This document shows positions 12,796 to 24,600 of a stretch of DNA of 64,000 nt, in pieces. The position numbers and the translations under genes were made by a program. This DNA is from Amphiscolops sp. MND2022 (lineage: Eukaryota). The notes below the pieces were generated by a model, which saw nothing but the letters and a program-made list of their open reading frames with translations, did no database searches and had not been told where the DNA came from. Location: contig OZ076409.1 of assembly GCA_964187785.1 (NCBI GenBank), positions 43,650,001 to 43,714,000 on the forward strand, read 5' to 3'. How positions within the stretch are numbered: the first letter of the stretch is position 1; every line of letters starts with the position of its first letter.

Positions 12796-14196
12796 CTAAA
12801 TTGCGTCATTAAAAATCCCATAAGTTTCCTCAAAATATTTGACAATTGAGACTACACTCAACCCCAACCACATGCCTAGAAGGCCACCCAGATTGCTGAC
12901 GAAAGTCTCAATGTTGACTCGTGGCACAATTTCATCAACTTTGACTTTCCACTTCTGCGCGAAGATCGCAACTTTTCCCACTCCTTTCAAAATCTCAAGG
13001 GGATCTTTCGGTGAAGTTCCATCATCAGAAGCTTTCAGAATAGGCCCAGAAAGAATGCTACGATTTGTAAGCGTGGCCAAAAACTTGGTAACACCTCTTT
13101 CTCTGCTTAGAGAAGGCTTATTCATGATACTCAGCTTGAAGTACTTCTCAGTACATTTCGGGTGACAGTTTTCTTCACAGTTTGCAACTGTTTCGAGGAA
13201 ATTGGGAGTATTTTTCAAGGTCAAATTCCGGATACATTCCCTGTTTTCTGCGTTTTCCAGGCATTCAGTGTTCGAAATATTCCACCCGTTTGAAGGCGCA
13301 CAGTTGCAAACTTCGTAGTAAGCTCTGGCGTAGCACAGATCATCGCACGCATTCTGGTAGTATTCTGTTTGAAACGGCACACCTGTGAATGTGTACGTGT
13401 CTGGTCCATCAGAAAATCGACACTTGCTCTTCTCAAAAGATTGGGTTTGTTTGATAACATTAGTGCTGGTCGATATTATGTAATCATCAAGAGGGCCCAC
13501 GAAGATTCCATCCAGCACAGATTTGTAGTCCTCGCCGTGAGATACAGCAACATAGGCCCCCAAACTTGAAGTATACTTTCCCACGTTTATTTCTGGGTCA
13601 AAGTAGAGCATAAAACCAATGGCATTGTCTTTCCCGAAGTTTTTCGTTGAAAATGTTGCTTCATAGCATGGCATTGAGCCATCAAAAGTGAATTTGAATT
13701 TGTGAAAACAGTCTTCTATTTTCGGAATCAGGAAACAAGACATCATGAATTGATCCAAATCTAGTTTGAAAGCTTCAAGAAATCGAGAACTGAGCAAGTA
13801 TCTCTGGTCTACATATGACCTGAAGACCCAAGACTCCTCTTGAAATGAGTCATTCACTGTGTTTGCATGAAACAGGAACTCGTAAGATTTAGGATCAAAC
13901 TCCGATCCATTGTAGTTTAAAACTTTCTCCAGATCCACAAACACATTGTTGCATATCTTCACTTTTATTGGGTTATCAATTCCGCGGGCGTTAATGTAGT
14001 TTGTAACAGTTATAGGATCGTTGTTTTTGTAATCTATAGAAATGGCAGTTATAAAAATTGCGAGTGACAAGAAGCAGCCACAATAAAGTGAGAAGTGGAA
14101 GAGTTTCCGCAAGCTAGCAATCGAGGTTATATTCCTACAAGAATGGAAGTTCGTTGGAATTGAAGCCAGCAACTTGGAAAATGGAAATCTATCCAT
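12796..14196 (-). CDS. Intronless DEG/ENaC (amiloride-sensitive sodium channel/ASIC superfamily) subunit, paralogue 1
   Basis: 466-aa ORF with TM1 (LFHFSLYCGCFLSLAIFITAISI), post-TM1 PIKVKICNN (cf. FPAVTxCN), Cys-rich thumb (YYQNACDDLCYARAYYEVCNCAP...CEENCHPKC) and TM2 FVSNLGGLLGMWLGLSVVS with the GxS filter. Confidence 0.9.
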   Translation of the reverse strand: MDRFPFSKLLASIPTNFHSCRNITSIASLRKLFHFSLYCGCFLSLAIFITAISIDYKNNDPITVTNYINARGIDNPIKVKICNNVFVDLEKVLNYNGSEFDPKSYEFLFHANTVNDSFQEESWVFRSYVDQRYLLSSRFLEAFKLDLDQFMMSCFLIPKIEDCFHKFKFTFDGSMPCYEATFSTKNFGKDNAIGFMLYFDPEINVGKYTSSLGAYVAVSHGEDYKSVLDGIFVGPLDDYIISTSTNVIKQTQSFEKSKCRFSDGPDTYTFTGVPFQTEYYQNACDDLCYARAYYEVCNCAPSNGWNISNTECLENAENRECIRNLTLKNTPNFLETVANCEENCHPKCTEKYFKLSIMNKPSLSRERGVTKFLATLTNRSILSGPILKASDDGTSPKDPLEILKGVGKVAIFAQKWKVKVDEIVPRVNIETFVSNLGGLLGMWLGLSVVSIVKYFEETYGIFNDAI

Positions 14197-15893
14197 TGAC
14201 TTATTATCAAAGCGAGAACTGTTCAGATAGTTTTCACCTCAGGATACCCCCACAAAAATGGATGAATGAAGACAAGATTCAAGCAATCAAAACTAAGTTT
14301 GCAGAAGAATAAAGATGAGATATTTAACTGTTTGAAACGTTTTTCTGAACACTTTCCACAGTTTTCTTCATATTCTGGAAAAGAAAAGGAAGTGTCTTTA
14401 AAATGATAGATGTTTATGTTTGTTTTAATTATCGCTAGCTGTTTACCAAGGAAATAACGTACTCCTTCCCGGTAAAAAGAGTATTTGTCAAAAAAAATAC
14501 ACAGGTGAAAATCTAACAGATTTTTGATGGAAGTCGTGTATTTGCAAGCTTCCAGCTGAATTCGATGCGTTTAACGAAGCCGTTCCGTTTCATGAGTTAA
14601 CAATCCAACTTTGAAATCGAAAAACGGTCAACAAAAGCCAGAAACGGTCCCTGAATAAATCACCTGTTCTAGTGGACGGTTCCTACTCATTCAGAAGCCG
14701 AAATTTTTGAAAAGAATACCCTGGATGACCGAAAATGCAAACCCTCGCAGATTGTTGCTAAGCTATTGCAATGAATGAACAACTTGAAGGAATCTGTTAG
14801 AAAACATTCATCTTGCAAGAGTCTGAAATGTCATGCATAACTTACAATATATATTTCAAGATTCTAGGAAAATAACTTGTTCCTATCTTGCGAGATACAA
14901 AATTCAACTGAAACCAAAGAAAACAAAAATTCATTGCAATCTCAACAATATCGTATCAGAACGTTACTCAGAATTTGGTGGAAAAAGTGACAGTTTCCAC
15001 GGAAATTTCACGTTATTTTTACTTCAAAAATGGTAAAGCGAGACAATAATATCTCGGCCACGTTCTTTTGATGGCATTGCCAAACTCTAGTTTTCAAATT
15101 AAAGAATGAAGATCCGTTCGTTTAAGATATTTACACAGTGTAGAAGTCCTAACATGTTTAGAGGCTAGAAACAAATTTCAGCAGAAATTTGAACAACTTC
15201 TCCAGTTGATAGAAATCACGGGTTTTTGTATTCCAGCAGGAAATAATCCTAAACGTTCAATGCCTATTTCATAAAAAACTTTCCGGTAAAATCTCAACAT
15301 ACAGTTGAACTGAAACCATCAACGCTCCATCTCACTCAGCCGCAAAAAAAAACAAGACAGTCTCGTGGATTCAGAGATTTGGAAAATGCTAACAAAGGGA
15401 AGTAAATGCTATTTAAACGTCCCTAGAGATCTGAGAAGTTACCACAAGCATTTTTTCGAGCCGAAAGATGTTTCTCTGAAACGCATTCAGAATTCTTAAA
15501 GAAATTTTTCGAAAAAGGATAATGACTTAAGCACTTTTGATCAATTTAAAAGACTTTTGGACCCAGAAAGAACAGCACAAAATGTTGCAAATGCACAAGA
15601 AAATTTGAGCCTCCGTTTCGAAAAATGTCCTCACTTTTCATCTAAGATGGTCGAATTCTGACTGCATGACGTAGTGGTCCACTGGAGAGAAGGATCTTAC
15701 TCTTCCTAGGTTCTATGACCATCATTTCTTTTTTTTTCAGTCTGTACTTGGTACATAACCACCAGTGACTTCTCGTCGAACATTTTATTTCAAAACGAAC
15801 CTTGGTTCAAATTGTCTGGTGAAGAACGCAAAACCTCTTTATTTTTCACAGCACCAATTGACGGGGTCAAAAGGACATATGGCCAAGTTCTAG

Positions 15894-16010
15894 GATGTGA
15901 AATGTTTGAAGTGTGGTAAACTTAGCCACCAACAAATAATTGCGGATCAAAATTGACTGTCATAGTAGGTTACAAGTTTTTTGAAAAGGGGCACAAGGCA
16001 ATGAAATACT
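15894..16010 (+). mobile_element. Decayed retrotransposon gag fragment with two CCHC zinc knuckles
   Basis: Translates DVKCLKCGKLSH(QQ/NC), then GYKFFEKGHKAMKY, in which the three Cys positions are each one substitution from TGY. Frameshifted. Confidence 0.4.
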
Positions 16011-17685
16011 TCGGGAAGAAAAGTTAGTAGAAGACAGGAGCTTCGCGTGGTCTCATGGCAAACGTTTTTGAGAGAGAGCGTGTTCGTGTTTCTCGCTTCA
16101 CAACAATCAGGATAAAAGATTCAAAAACTTTTGAGCTGCAGAATATTATCATGATAAAGATGCTGAATTGTTCAGAGACTTGAACGTTTCGAAAATAAAA
16201 AAGATGAATGCGCGAAGGGATTCGAATTCACTATAAAATTCACAGGATCCAAGTTCAAAATTTGGAGCCTGGAGTAAAGAAAACTCGCATAGTCATTAGT
16301 CAATGATGGAACCTTTCCGACAAGGTATAAAAATACCTTAGAGCAGAAAGTATACCAGCAAAAGCAATGTCGCATCAACATCTCTGTAACCAAGACACGT
16401 AAAAACGGGCCAATATAACAAAATGGTGTTCGATGCTTGCCGAAAGCAGTGACCAATATAAAAATAATAGTTGTAGGCAAGGATCATAGCGATTTGTATA
16501 ACACCGCAGAAGCTTTGTGTTTACACGTAAACAGTAGGATATAGAGTTTTGAATCCTTTCAACATTGTTCACGGAGAGGTCTCGTTAATAAACACCGTGC
16601 ACATCGACAGCATCGAATATGCTTCAGGATTTGTTGATACTTTTGTAACGTTCACTGTTTGATTACGGAAAAGAAGAACTGAGGTCGGATGTTTTAAAAC
16701 AAACTTCAAACATGATAACTGAGTTTGGAAAAGCTCGCAGTTTTGTCACTTATAATGCCAGACTTCAATGTCGGAAATTTAGGGGATTTTTGCTTTCAGC
16801 GGGGTTTTCATCAAGGGTTTAGTATGATCACAGTCCTGAACAAAACAGGAAAATAAAAAGCAATTTGCGGAACGCTCGGCGTGATGGCTAGGTGTCTGTT
16901 GAAATCGGCAGGCTTACACGAATGCTTTTAGTGCCTGGCAATTTCAGCTGCTTTCAATATAAAAATGGTGCTTTTACTCTGCTCAAGATACAACACCCTT
17001 CGAGGAAATTTTGATAAAAAATATCGTTCAGTAAGAAGTTTTCGAATGGCAAGCATTCATATATGTAGAAAAACTGTATGTAGTAAAACACGTTTGAAAG
17101 AATTTTTTCGGAAAATTCTTTACTCAGTTGTAGCAATAATTCCAAAGCTAATTTGACTGGATTTTCAAATGGCCCAATCTCAACAAAGGATGAGCAAAAT
17201 TTGAGTTGCAAAACCGCTATTCAGAAAACTTCCTACCTGACAACCCAAGTTCGATTGTGTACTCCAGGTCTAACCAGCAACTTGGTATACAATTTAGGTT
17301 TGTCAGATCCGATAAAATGAAACGCCCTCTTATTATAGCGATTATGTTGATTACCCGTTGCCGAATACCTTGGAGAAGCGCTATCCACTCCATAGCAGCT
17401 CCATGCGTTGAAAGCGGACTACTATTCTATACAACAAAAAAGGGAATTCGTTATTTATTGAAAAGTATAGAAGTCTCACTTTCAATCTGGAAAAAGATTC
17501 TGTGAAAGAATTGACGTGTTTTGGTTTTTCTGTTGGACAGTATCATTAGCTTCTGATATTTAATTAGAAAATCATTTTTTAGTAACTTCTCTGAATACTG
17601 TTGAGTTGAAGATGTCAACTTTTTAAAAATCTCACTGTGTCTCAAAAGACAAAACGTTTCGTTTATAAGTTTCAACATTTTATAT

Positions 17686-18064
17686 TGTTACGACAGTTTA
17701 CCGGAGTTGTTTTGGAAGTAGTCGTTTTTGATCTGATTGGGGTCGAGGTTGTGTTTGGTAGCATGCTTTCTGATTCAGAGTCAGAGTTTTCTAAGTTTTG
17801 GACAGTAGATGTCTTTCTGATGACTGGAGCTATCAGTTTTAGCATCTCCTTACCTGCAAGAATTTTAGTGAGATCAGACATAATTTCTTTTCTCAGAGAC
17901 GTTCTAATGTCGTCTAATTCCTTAGGCTGTATTTTGGGGGATTTGCTCGGTCCTGCAACGAGAATCTCAACTAAGTTGTTTTCAAAAGTCGAAGCTTCAA
18001 ACTCTCCTGAAGCTACCTCAGCTACAACTTTTTTCTGTCTTCTAGTAGTCATTTTCGAATGCAA
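17686..18064 (-). mobile_element. Probable LTR-retrotransposon end fragment carrying a gag-N-terminus-like ORF
   Basis: Protein-like ORF MTTRRQKKVVAE..AGPSKSP..DIRTSLRKEIMSDLTKIL..TTSTP stops looking coding at an LTR-like terminus (TGTTACG at 17686, i.e. ...CGTAACA on -). The other end was not located (near the gap). Confidence 0.4.
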
Positions 18065-18431
18065 AGATGCGAATTGGTCTTTGGAAAAGGTGAATTCGTC
18101 AAAGACGTTTTCGTTTCAATTGCGATGATTGTAAAATTCTATATTTCGGCTTTATAGAATTCGTAAGAATTTCTACTGTTAGAAATTGAAAACAGTGAGA
18201 GTTCAAGATTCTTCTATACGAGAACAGTAACAACCTTAAAGTGGGTTTTTCAATCCCGCCGTTTCAATTTCGACTCAATCGTAAATCGGAAATAAATTCA
18301 CTAACTGACGTGAACAGATGATTTTAATACACTGAATAGCAAGACCTTTTTCAAGTTTATTCAGACGTGTATGAACAAAAGTAGATGTTTTGGACATGCA
18401 AACATTTTTCTCAAACGATTTCTATTTGCTA

Positions 18432-18631
18432 NNNNNNNNNNNNNNNNNNNNNNNNNNNNNNNNNNNNNNNNNNNNNNNNNNNNNNNNNNNNNNNNNNNNN
18501 NNNNNNNNNNNNNNNNNNNNNNNNNNNNNNNNNNNNNNNNNNNNNNNNNNNNNNNNNNNNNNNNNNNNNNNNNNNNNNNNNNNNNNNNNNNNNNNNNNNN
18601 NNNNNNNNNNNNNNNNNNNNNNNNNNNNNNN
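18432..18631. other. Assembly gap (200 N)
   Basis: Run of exactly 200 N; a round number suggests a scaffolding placeholder of unknown true size. Confidence 0.99.
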
Positions 18632-20340
18632 AAACTGTTTTCAAAGCTTTTCATGAATACGTTGCTGAGCATTTTATAAAACGCCGACTTTGGACGTTCC
18701 CGTCTTATTATGTTCATACGGAAGGTGGGCCTTTTAACATTCATCTGCATTCTGAAAATGGGCCGGGATGTCAATATGCGCTAAATTCATCTCAAAAGAG
18801 TTACCTTAAAATCCCATAGTTCGTTTCATTCCTTGTACTGAAGTCTCAAACGCTACTTAAAATGAAGGCCATGTTTTGTTTTTATGAGCCAAGCAGTATA
18901 GTTCTCATTACGAGAAAAAAACTTCTCAAAATTTTTGTTAAGTCTTACACTAGAAATTTTGCCTTAACATTCAGTTTTACCAGCAATCAGGAACCTCAGT
19001 TGGGCTTTTGTTTTTGAAGTATTGAGACTTGCAACGTTTCTCTCCGGTTGAAAAGCACTTGATCGAAAAACTGACTTTAAACCACACGCTTTCGTTTTAC
19101 CACAAATTTTACAGGTGTTGAGAGTAAAAACTACAGAACTCCATACTCTGAAATTCAAACTTCTATTGACCTCTATTTCTACCTTTTCTTAGTTTGTTCT
19201 CTCTTTCTTAAAACAACTCTTCATTCAAGTCGCTTTATTTCAACCAATTTTTTGGTGGCCATTGAAAGCAACTTCCATTCAACGAAAAATCGATTCTTTA
19301 CTGACAAAATAAGCTTGCCCTTTATTTTCGAAACAAAAGCTGATTCAAGAAAACACACACGTTTTTTAGGAAAAACAAGAAAACAATCTTTCGAAAAATT
19401 TCTCTTCGCTCCAATCAAAGTTTCAAAGCAGTAAAGTCAATCCGTACAGTTTTAACTGCATACGAAATATTTCACGTTTCAAAAGTTTCAAAAGTATCCA
19501 AGGTTTAAAAGATCGAAGCATCCAAACTTTGTAGACTAATTCAAAAAAATCAGAGCAATTCTCAACAGTATTCAAAAATTCAAAGTTTGTACAGACAAAA
19601 TGAAAGTAGTTTAAAGCAGTATGCGTGACTATTCAAAGATACCAAAGTTCTCGAAAAGTATTTATTGTCAAGTCCTTCTCAAAGTCCAAAGAAACGTAAC
19701 CTATAGTTGAGCAAAGTAAGAAAAGGAAGAAACAACGCTGAAAAAAAAAGAGTTCAAAAGTCAGAATGACAAGAAAGAAATGCAAAAAAAGTCGGTTGCC
19801 ACTGAATACTAGACAGAAGAAGAATCCCTAATGCTGCAGACATGCTCTTTGACAATCACCGATGCACTTATCCGATTGGAACGACTACACAAAAACCTCT
19901 CAAGAAAACAGACCTTTCTGAATGACCTCAATCAACAAATTCAAGCGAAATTTAAAAACGAAGAAGTCCTGGTAACCGACTTTCTGCAATCAGAAGAAGT
20001 CGACGATAAATTAGTTCAACAACTGAACCAGATGGACCGATTCATCAAAACCAACACACCAGCTGTACATGGATTAACAACAACATCATCAACAACCATA
20101 AGAAGCACGCCATCTGCAGCTACAGCAAATTTACCTAAACTGGACCTGCCAATTTTTTCAGGAGATTAACTCTCATGGACCTCTTTTTGTGACTTGTTCA
20201 CTGGAGCAGCCTGCAGAACAGCCAAAATTTACAGTATAACGAAGCATCTTTGAACGGCGATGCAGTAAAGTTTCTGGCATCAGTAACTATCACTGACGCT
20301 AACTACATTGTCACCTTGAAGACATTGCGAGATCGATACC

Positions 20341-21295
20341 TGTAGGCGCCAGTCAATTGCGAGATCAGAAACTCAAATTTGACCGTGACTGATGAAACTT
20401 ACAACTCAAAACACTTAGAAACTTTGTCAAGATTTTAATTGGAAAATTTACAAGTTTCACCAGAAATATGGCGTCACCAAAAAGGGCCAGCCCCCCCCGT
20501 CCCGATAAACCACTCATTCAATCACCTTCAAACTTGGCACACGTATAGTAGTGGTGCTATCCTAACTTTTCACTAGGAACAACCAACCCCGTATCTCCCC
20601 TGGGTTCCGAGCTATTAACACCCAAAGTGACCTAGGTCGGACCCCATGAATTACCCAATTTTTATGTATTAATTATTATGTGATTTTCCTATATGACCTT
20701 GAAGGAAATTCATCTCTGTTGAAATTACTGATATTTACATTGTGTAAACATACTTTCTAACCCACCTGACCAACATGCCAAAACCAGCACATAGTTTGTT
20801 TACTTAGCCAAAAACTTCATTTTATGCTTTAAATGTCATTTTATTTATACCACATATTTCAACTGATATTTGCTTATATTTACTGTAGAACTGTAAACCA
20901 TATGTATACCATTGTTAGATAGAGATTTTCTCCACTGAATAGCTATAGTCAAGTTGGGTCTTAGGACCAAGAGACTAATTAATCAACTTCTCAATCTTCA
21001 CAACTTTTCGCTAGAGTCAGAGCGACTAAGTAGCTACTCTCATAGTTGGAGAGCCGGAGCGCGTGAAGATACTGTGAGGGAAGTGTGTTACGGATCACAT
21101 CGGATCCAAATCAGTGCAAAAAGGAATCGCAGGAGATTCCACGGGTCACATCGGACCCACCAGTCTAAAGATACAGTCCTTTAAAACAAGAAAACCAGGA
21201 TTTGTTTAGTGACGGTCCACAGCACTAAGCAACGGATCAGGGCGGCGTAAAGCTTGTCAAGCCTCAGCGCAGGATAAAGGCAAGCAGCCGTTACA
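20341..21295 (+). repeat. 5' LTR of BEL/Pao element (955 bp)
   Basis: Begins TGTAGGCGCC, ends GCCGTTACA; about a dozen differences from the 3' LTR by eye (~99%). Confidence 0.97.
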
Positions 21296-21297
21296 TT

Positions 21298-21314
21298 TGG
21301 TCCGCCGACCCGGA
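21298..21314 (+). promoter_or_regulatory. Primer-binding site, tRNA-Tyr-like
   Basis: TGGTCCGCCGACCCGGA starts 2 nt after the LTR. Its complement TCCGGGTCGGCGGA-CCA has the G72/A73 end of eukaryotic tRNA-Tyr and resembles the common BEL PBS TGGTCCTTCGAGCCGGA. Confidence 0.7.
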
Positions 21315-21413
21315 CAACTCTTTGGTGGACGACCCGGACTAGAAGAAGACGACTCGTTGGTGGACGACTGAGAAGATTGCCCAAGAAGAACAAGTGTCTG
21401 GATCTTGGAGTCT

Positions 21414-21637
21414 CTACTGTGTCTCTGGGAGATTGGGCTACTGTGTCTCTGGGAGATTGGGCTATTGTGTCTCTGGGAGATTGGGCTATTGTGTCTCTGG
21501 GAGATTGGGCTATTGTGTCTCTGGGAGCTTGGGCTATTGTGTCTCTGGGAGATTGGGCTATTGTGTCTCTGGGAGATTGGGCTATTGTGTCTCTTGGATA
21601 TTGGGCTATTGTGTCTCTGGGAGATTGGGCTATTGTG
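21414..21637 (+). repeat. 24-bp tandem array (9 full units + partial) in the BEL/Pao leader
   Basis: Consensus CTATTGTGTCTCTGGGAGATTGGG, head-to-tail without spacers, few substitutions. Confidence 0.97.
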
Positions 21638-21671
21638 ACTTTGGAACTAAACTCAATCGACAAGAGAAGAG

Positions 21672-24600
21672 ATGGCAGAACCAAAACGGTTCGATATCAA
21701 CAAAATCGAAAACTTTCTGAAGAACTCTGCTGACAAAGCCCAAACGTTGAGTTATTGGAATGCAGCTGTCGAACACGGTAAGACTGTTAAAGAAATTGAT
21801 GAGAACCTAACTAGCAATGTTGACGACAAGCAGATAGCAGATTTACTACTAAGACGAACAGATTCCATGAACAGGAGGGATCGGCTCATTAAGGCAGTCG
21901 AAAATGCGATCAAAGTCAAGTATCAACCGCAGATACCCGAAATCTTCTCAACAGTGAACAAAGAAATGCAGAGCCGATTGGCTGAGTTGCAGCAGCAAAT
22001 CTCTAGCGTTGGAAAGGTACAAATGCTGATGTCAGCATTGCAAGACGAAAATCAGATACTAAATTACTTGGATCTTGACGAAAAGAAACGTGCTATTGAT
22101 AGACTAATGGATAGCAACAAAAAGTTGCGGGAAGATTCAATCGCAAATGGCAAAGTTGTCGACGAAGAAGATTATGCTGCAGCATGTCAAGAATTGCTGC
22201 AGAAACGGTCTGACATTAAAACGAAGATTGAAGATCTGCTGAAGACAGGAGAAGGAGGAGCCATTTTGCGAAGTCTTGAAGACGCTGAACAAAGACTGGC
22301 AGACGCTCGGGTAAACTCAGCAGCAGACAAATCCAGTAAAAATGGTACCTCACCACAAAAGGAACCACAATCAGACAATGAGCAAAAAAGACATGATGAT
22401 GGCCATAACGCAGATGACAGACAAGAGCCAAGAAATGGAGCTAGTTCATTGCCAATAGACGAATTGAGCATCATTCGCGAAGTAAAAGAACCAAAAGCAA
22501 CAAAACGTCTGTGATTTCAAAAACATCTAGTGCACGACGATTTCTCGATTTGGAGCTGAAATCTTTGAAAGAGCAAGAAGAACTTCAAACCCGCCTAGAG
22601 AAACTGAGACGTGAAGCAAACGAAGTTAAGATAGCTAGCTTGCAAGATGAGATGGTTAGCTTGCAAGAGGAGATGGCCCGCAAAGCCAAAATTGCTGAAA
22701 AGGAACTACAAATGGCGCAAGTGTCGAGTAGTGATGGGTCTAGCTTCCGAAGTATCTCACCAGTCGGGACTCCAGATGACAATCTGACGAAAGTCTCAGG
22801 ATGGATGGACAAGACAGAAGAAGCTGAAAACGTGGCATCGCAGATTAACGTGCCATCTGTATACCAGCAAACGTCCGTCTCAGCACCAGTGATTAAAGTA
22901 CAATCAACGCATGGAGGACAATGCTCCGCGCAAGTCAGGGACTTGAAACCCTCAGTGAAACCGACCATATCCATAGAAGCCGCTGTGCGAGGTCTTGGAA
23001 TGGACAGAACAAAGACTGTCATAGGAGTTGGCAGCCAAAGAGCAACAACGCAACCAGAAGTGAAATTCGCCACATCGAAGCCGTCAATGACCCTTATGGC
23101 AAACCAAAGCTGGGTACCACCTACGAATGGGGGCAACCCGAGTAGTGCATTTCAAGTACCACAGCTTGAGAACACACAGAAGCAGTATATGCCAAGTCAA
23201 GGGCCAAACATAGTGTCAAATGCGAGAGATGACTACTAGATCAGATCTAGCTTGCCAAAACTGAAGCTGGCAGAGTTTTCCGGTGACCCATTGGAGTGGC
23301 CAGAGTGGTCACAACTCTTTCAAGCAACCGTCCACGCAGCCAATATGGATGACAGTGTAAAGATGAATCACCTGAAAACCATGGTCACAGGCAAAGCCAA
23401 GGAGGCGATTGCTGGCCTTGGGTACACTGCCAAGATGTACAATGTGGCGTGGAACGTTCTAGTTCGAAACTTTGGAAAACCCCAAATGGTTGTGAAAGCC
23501 CAGTTGAAGCGAATCTATTCCTTCCCCCTATGAAACCTTATGATGGAGCTGCATTGATTAAGTTTGCGAGAATAGTGTCGAGTTGTGTGAACGTTCTGAC
23601 ACAATTCAACTACGTGGGAGACCTAAACTCAGAAGGAGTTTTAGGCAGTGCCACAAGGAAGTTAACACTGGACATGAAAACGAAGTGGCTCACTTATGTG
23701 AAGCAAATGAACCTGTATCAACCTGGACTCGCTGTGTTCAGTGAATGGCTCAATGATTTAGCAGATGTTCAAGACGAATTGCTTTTGTCTTCAAACCCGA
23801 ATGCTGACCGCGCGAAGTCGAACTACAAGGAAAAGGCCAAAGGCTCCACGTTTGCCACATCAACAACAAACACAGCCAGTGACAACTCAAAATACCAGCG
23901 AGGGTGTGGGCTGAAAGATGGCAAACATCCCATATGGAAATGTGAGAAGTTCAAGAAGATGAACGTCGAAGAAAGAGGACAAAAGGCGAAAGAGTTGAAA
24001 TTGTGCTTCAAATGTTTGTCAGACGCGCATCAGATGAGAAATTGGTCTGGTAGACTCTGCGACGTAAGTGGTTGCGGAAAACCTCATCACAGATTGCTAC
24101 ACAGACCATACAAGAACGTGGAACAAAAGAAAATTGTTGAAAATGTTGAGGAGGTTTCAAATCTGTCCTCTATGAGAAGCAGTGGAGTGCTTCCCGTCAT
24201 TCCAGTATCGATAGGGAGTGGGAGCAAAAATGTGAAAACGTTCGCTTTGTGCGACTCTGGAGCAAGCCTGTCCTTTGTGGACGAGAGCCTTATGAAAACG
24301 CTAAATCTGACGGGACAGCCAGTGGATTTGAATGTTGCAGGGATTCATGGAACGTCAGATATTAGTAGCAAACGACTTCGAGTCAGGATTGGAGATCAGG
24401 ACGGAAAAGTCAAAGAAGATATCATGGCATATAGTCATCCCAACGTGAATGCAGGAAATCGAACTTACAACCTCAAGAAATTAAAAGAGACATATCCTCA
24501 CCTGTCAGTATTGAGGGAGTCTACCATCAACTTGGGAGAAGTGAAAGTCATCTTGGGCCAAGATTGCTACCACTTGCATAGAGCAATCGACTATAGAAAG

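Noticed and set aside
12839..13569. Plus-strand ORFs overlapping the ENaC gene (also 52941-53851 and the antisense ORFs over BEL pol)
   Set aside because: Shadow ORFs of real coding sequence on the opposite strand.
16950..17680. Polinton/Maverick or other TE coding remnant
   Set aside because: Fragments look vaguely coding but no diagnostic motif could be identified by eye.
18361..18819. ORFs spanning poly-X
   Set aside because: Artefacts of the 200-N gap.
21414..21637. CRISPR array or repeat-protein gene
   Set aside because: Units are contiguous with no unique spacers, there are no cas genes and the context is eukaryotic; the repeat ORFs arise from the stop-free 24-bp period.
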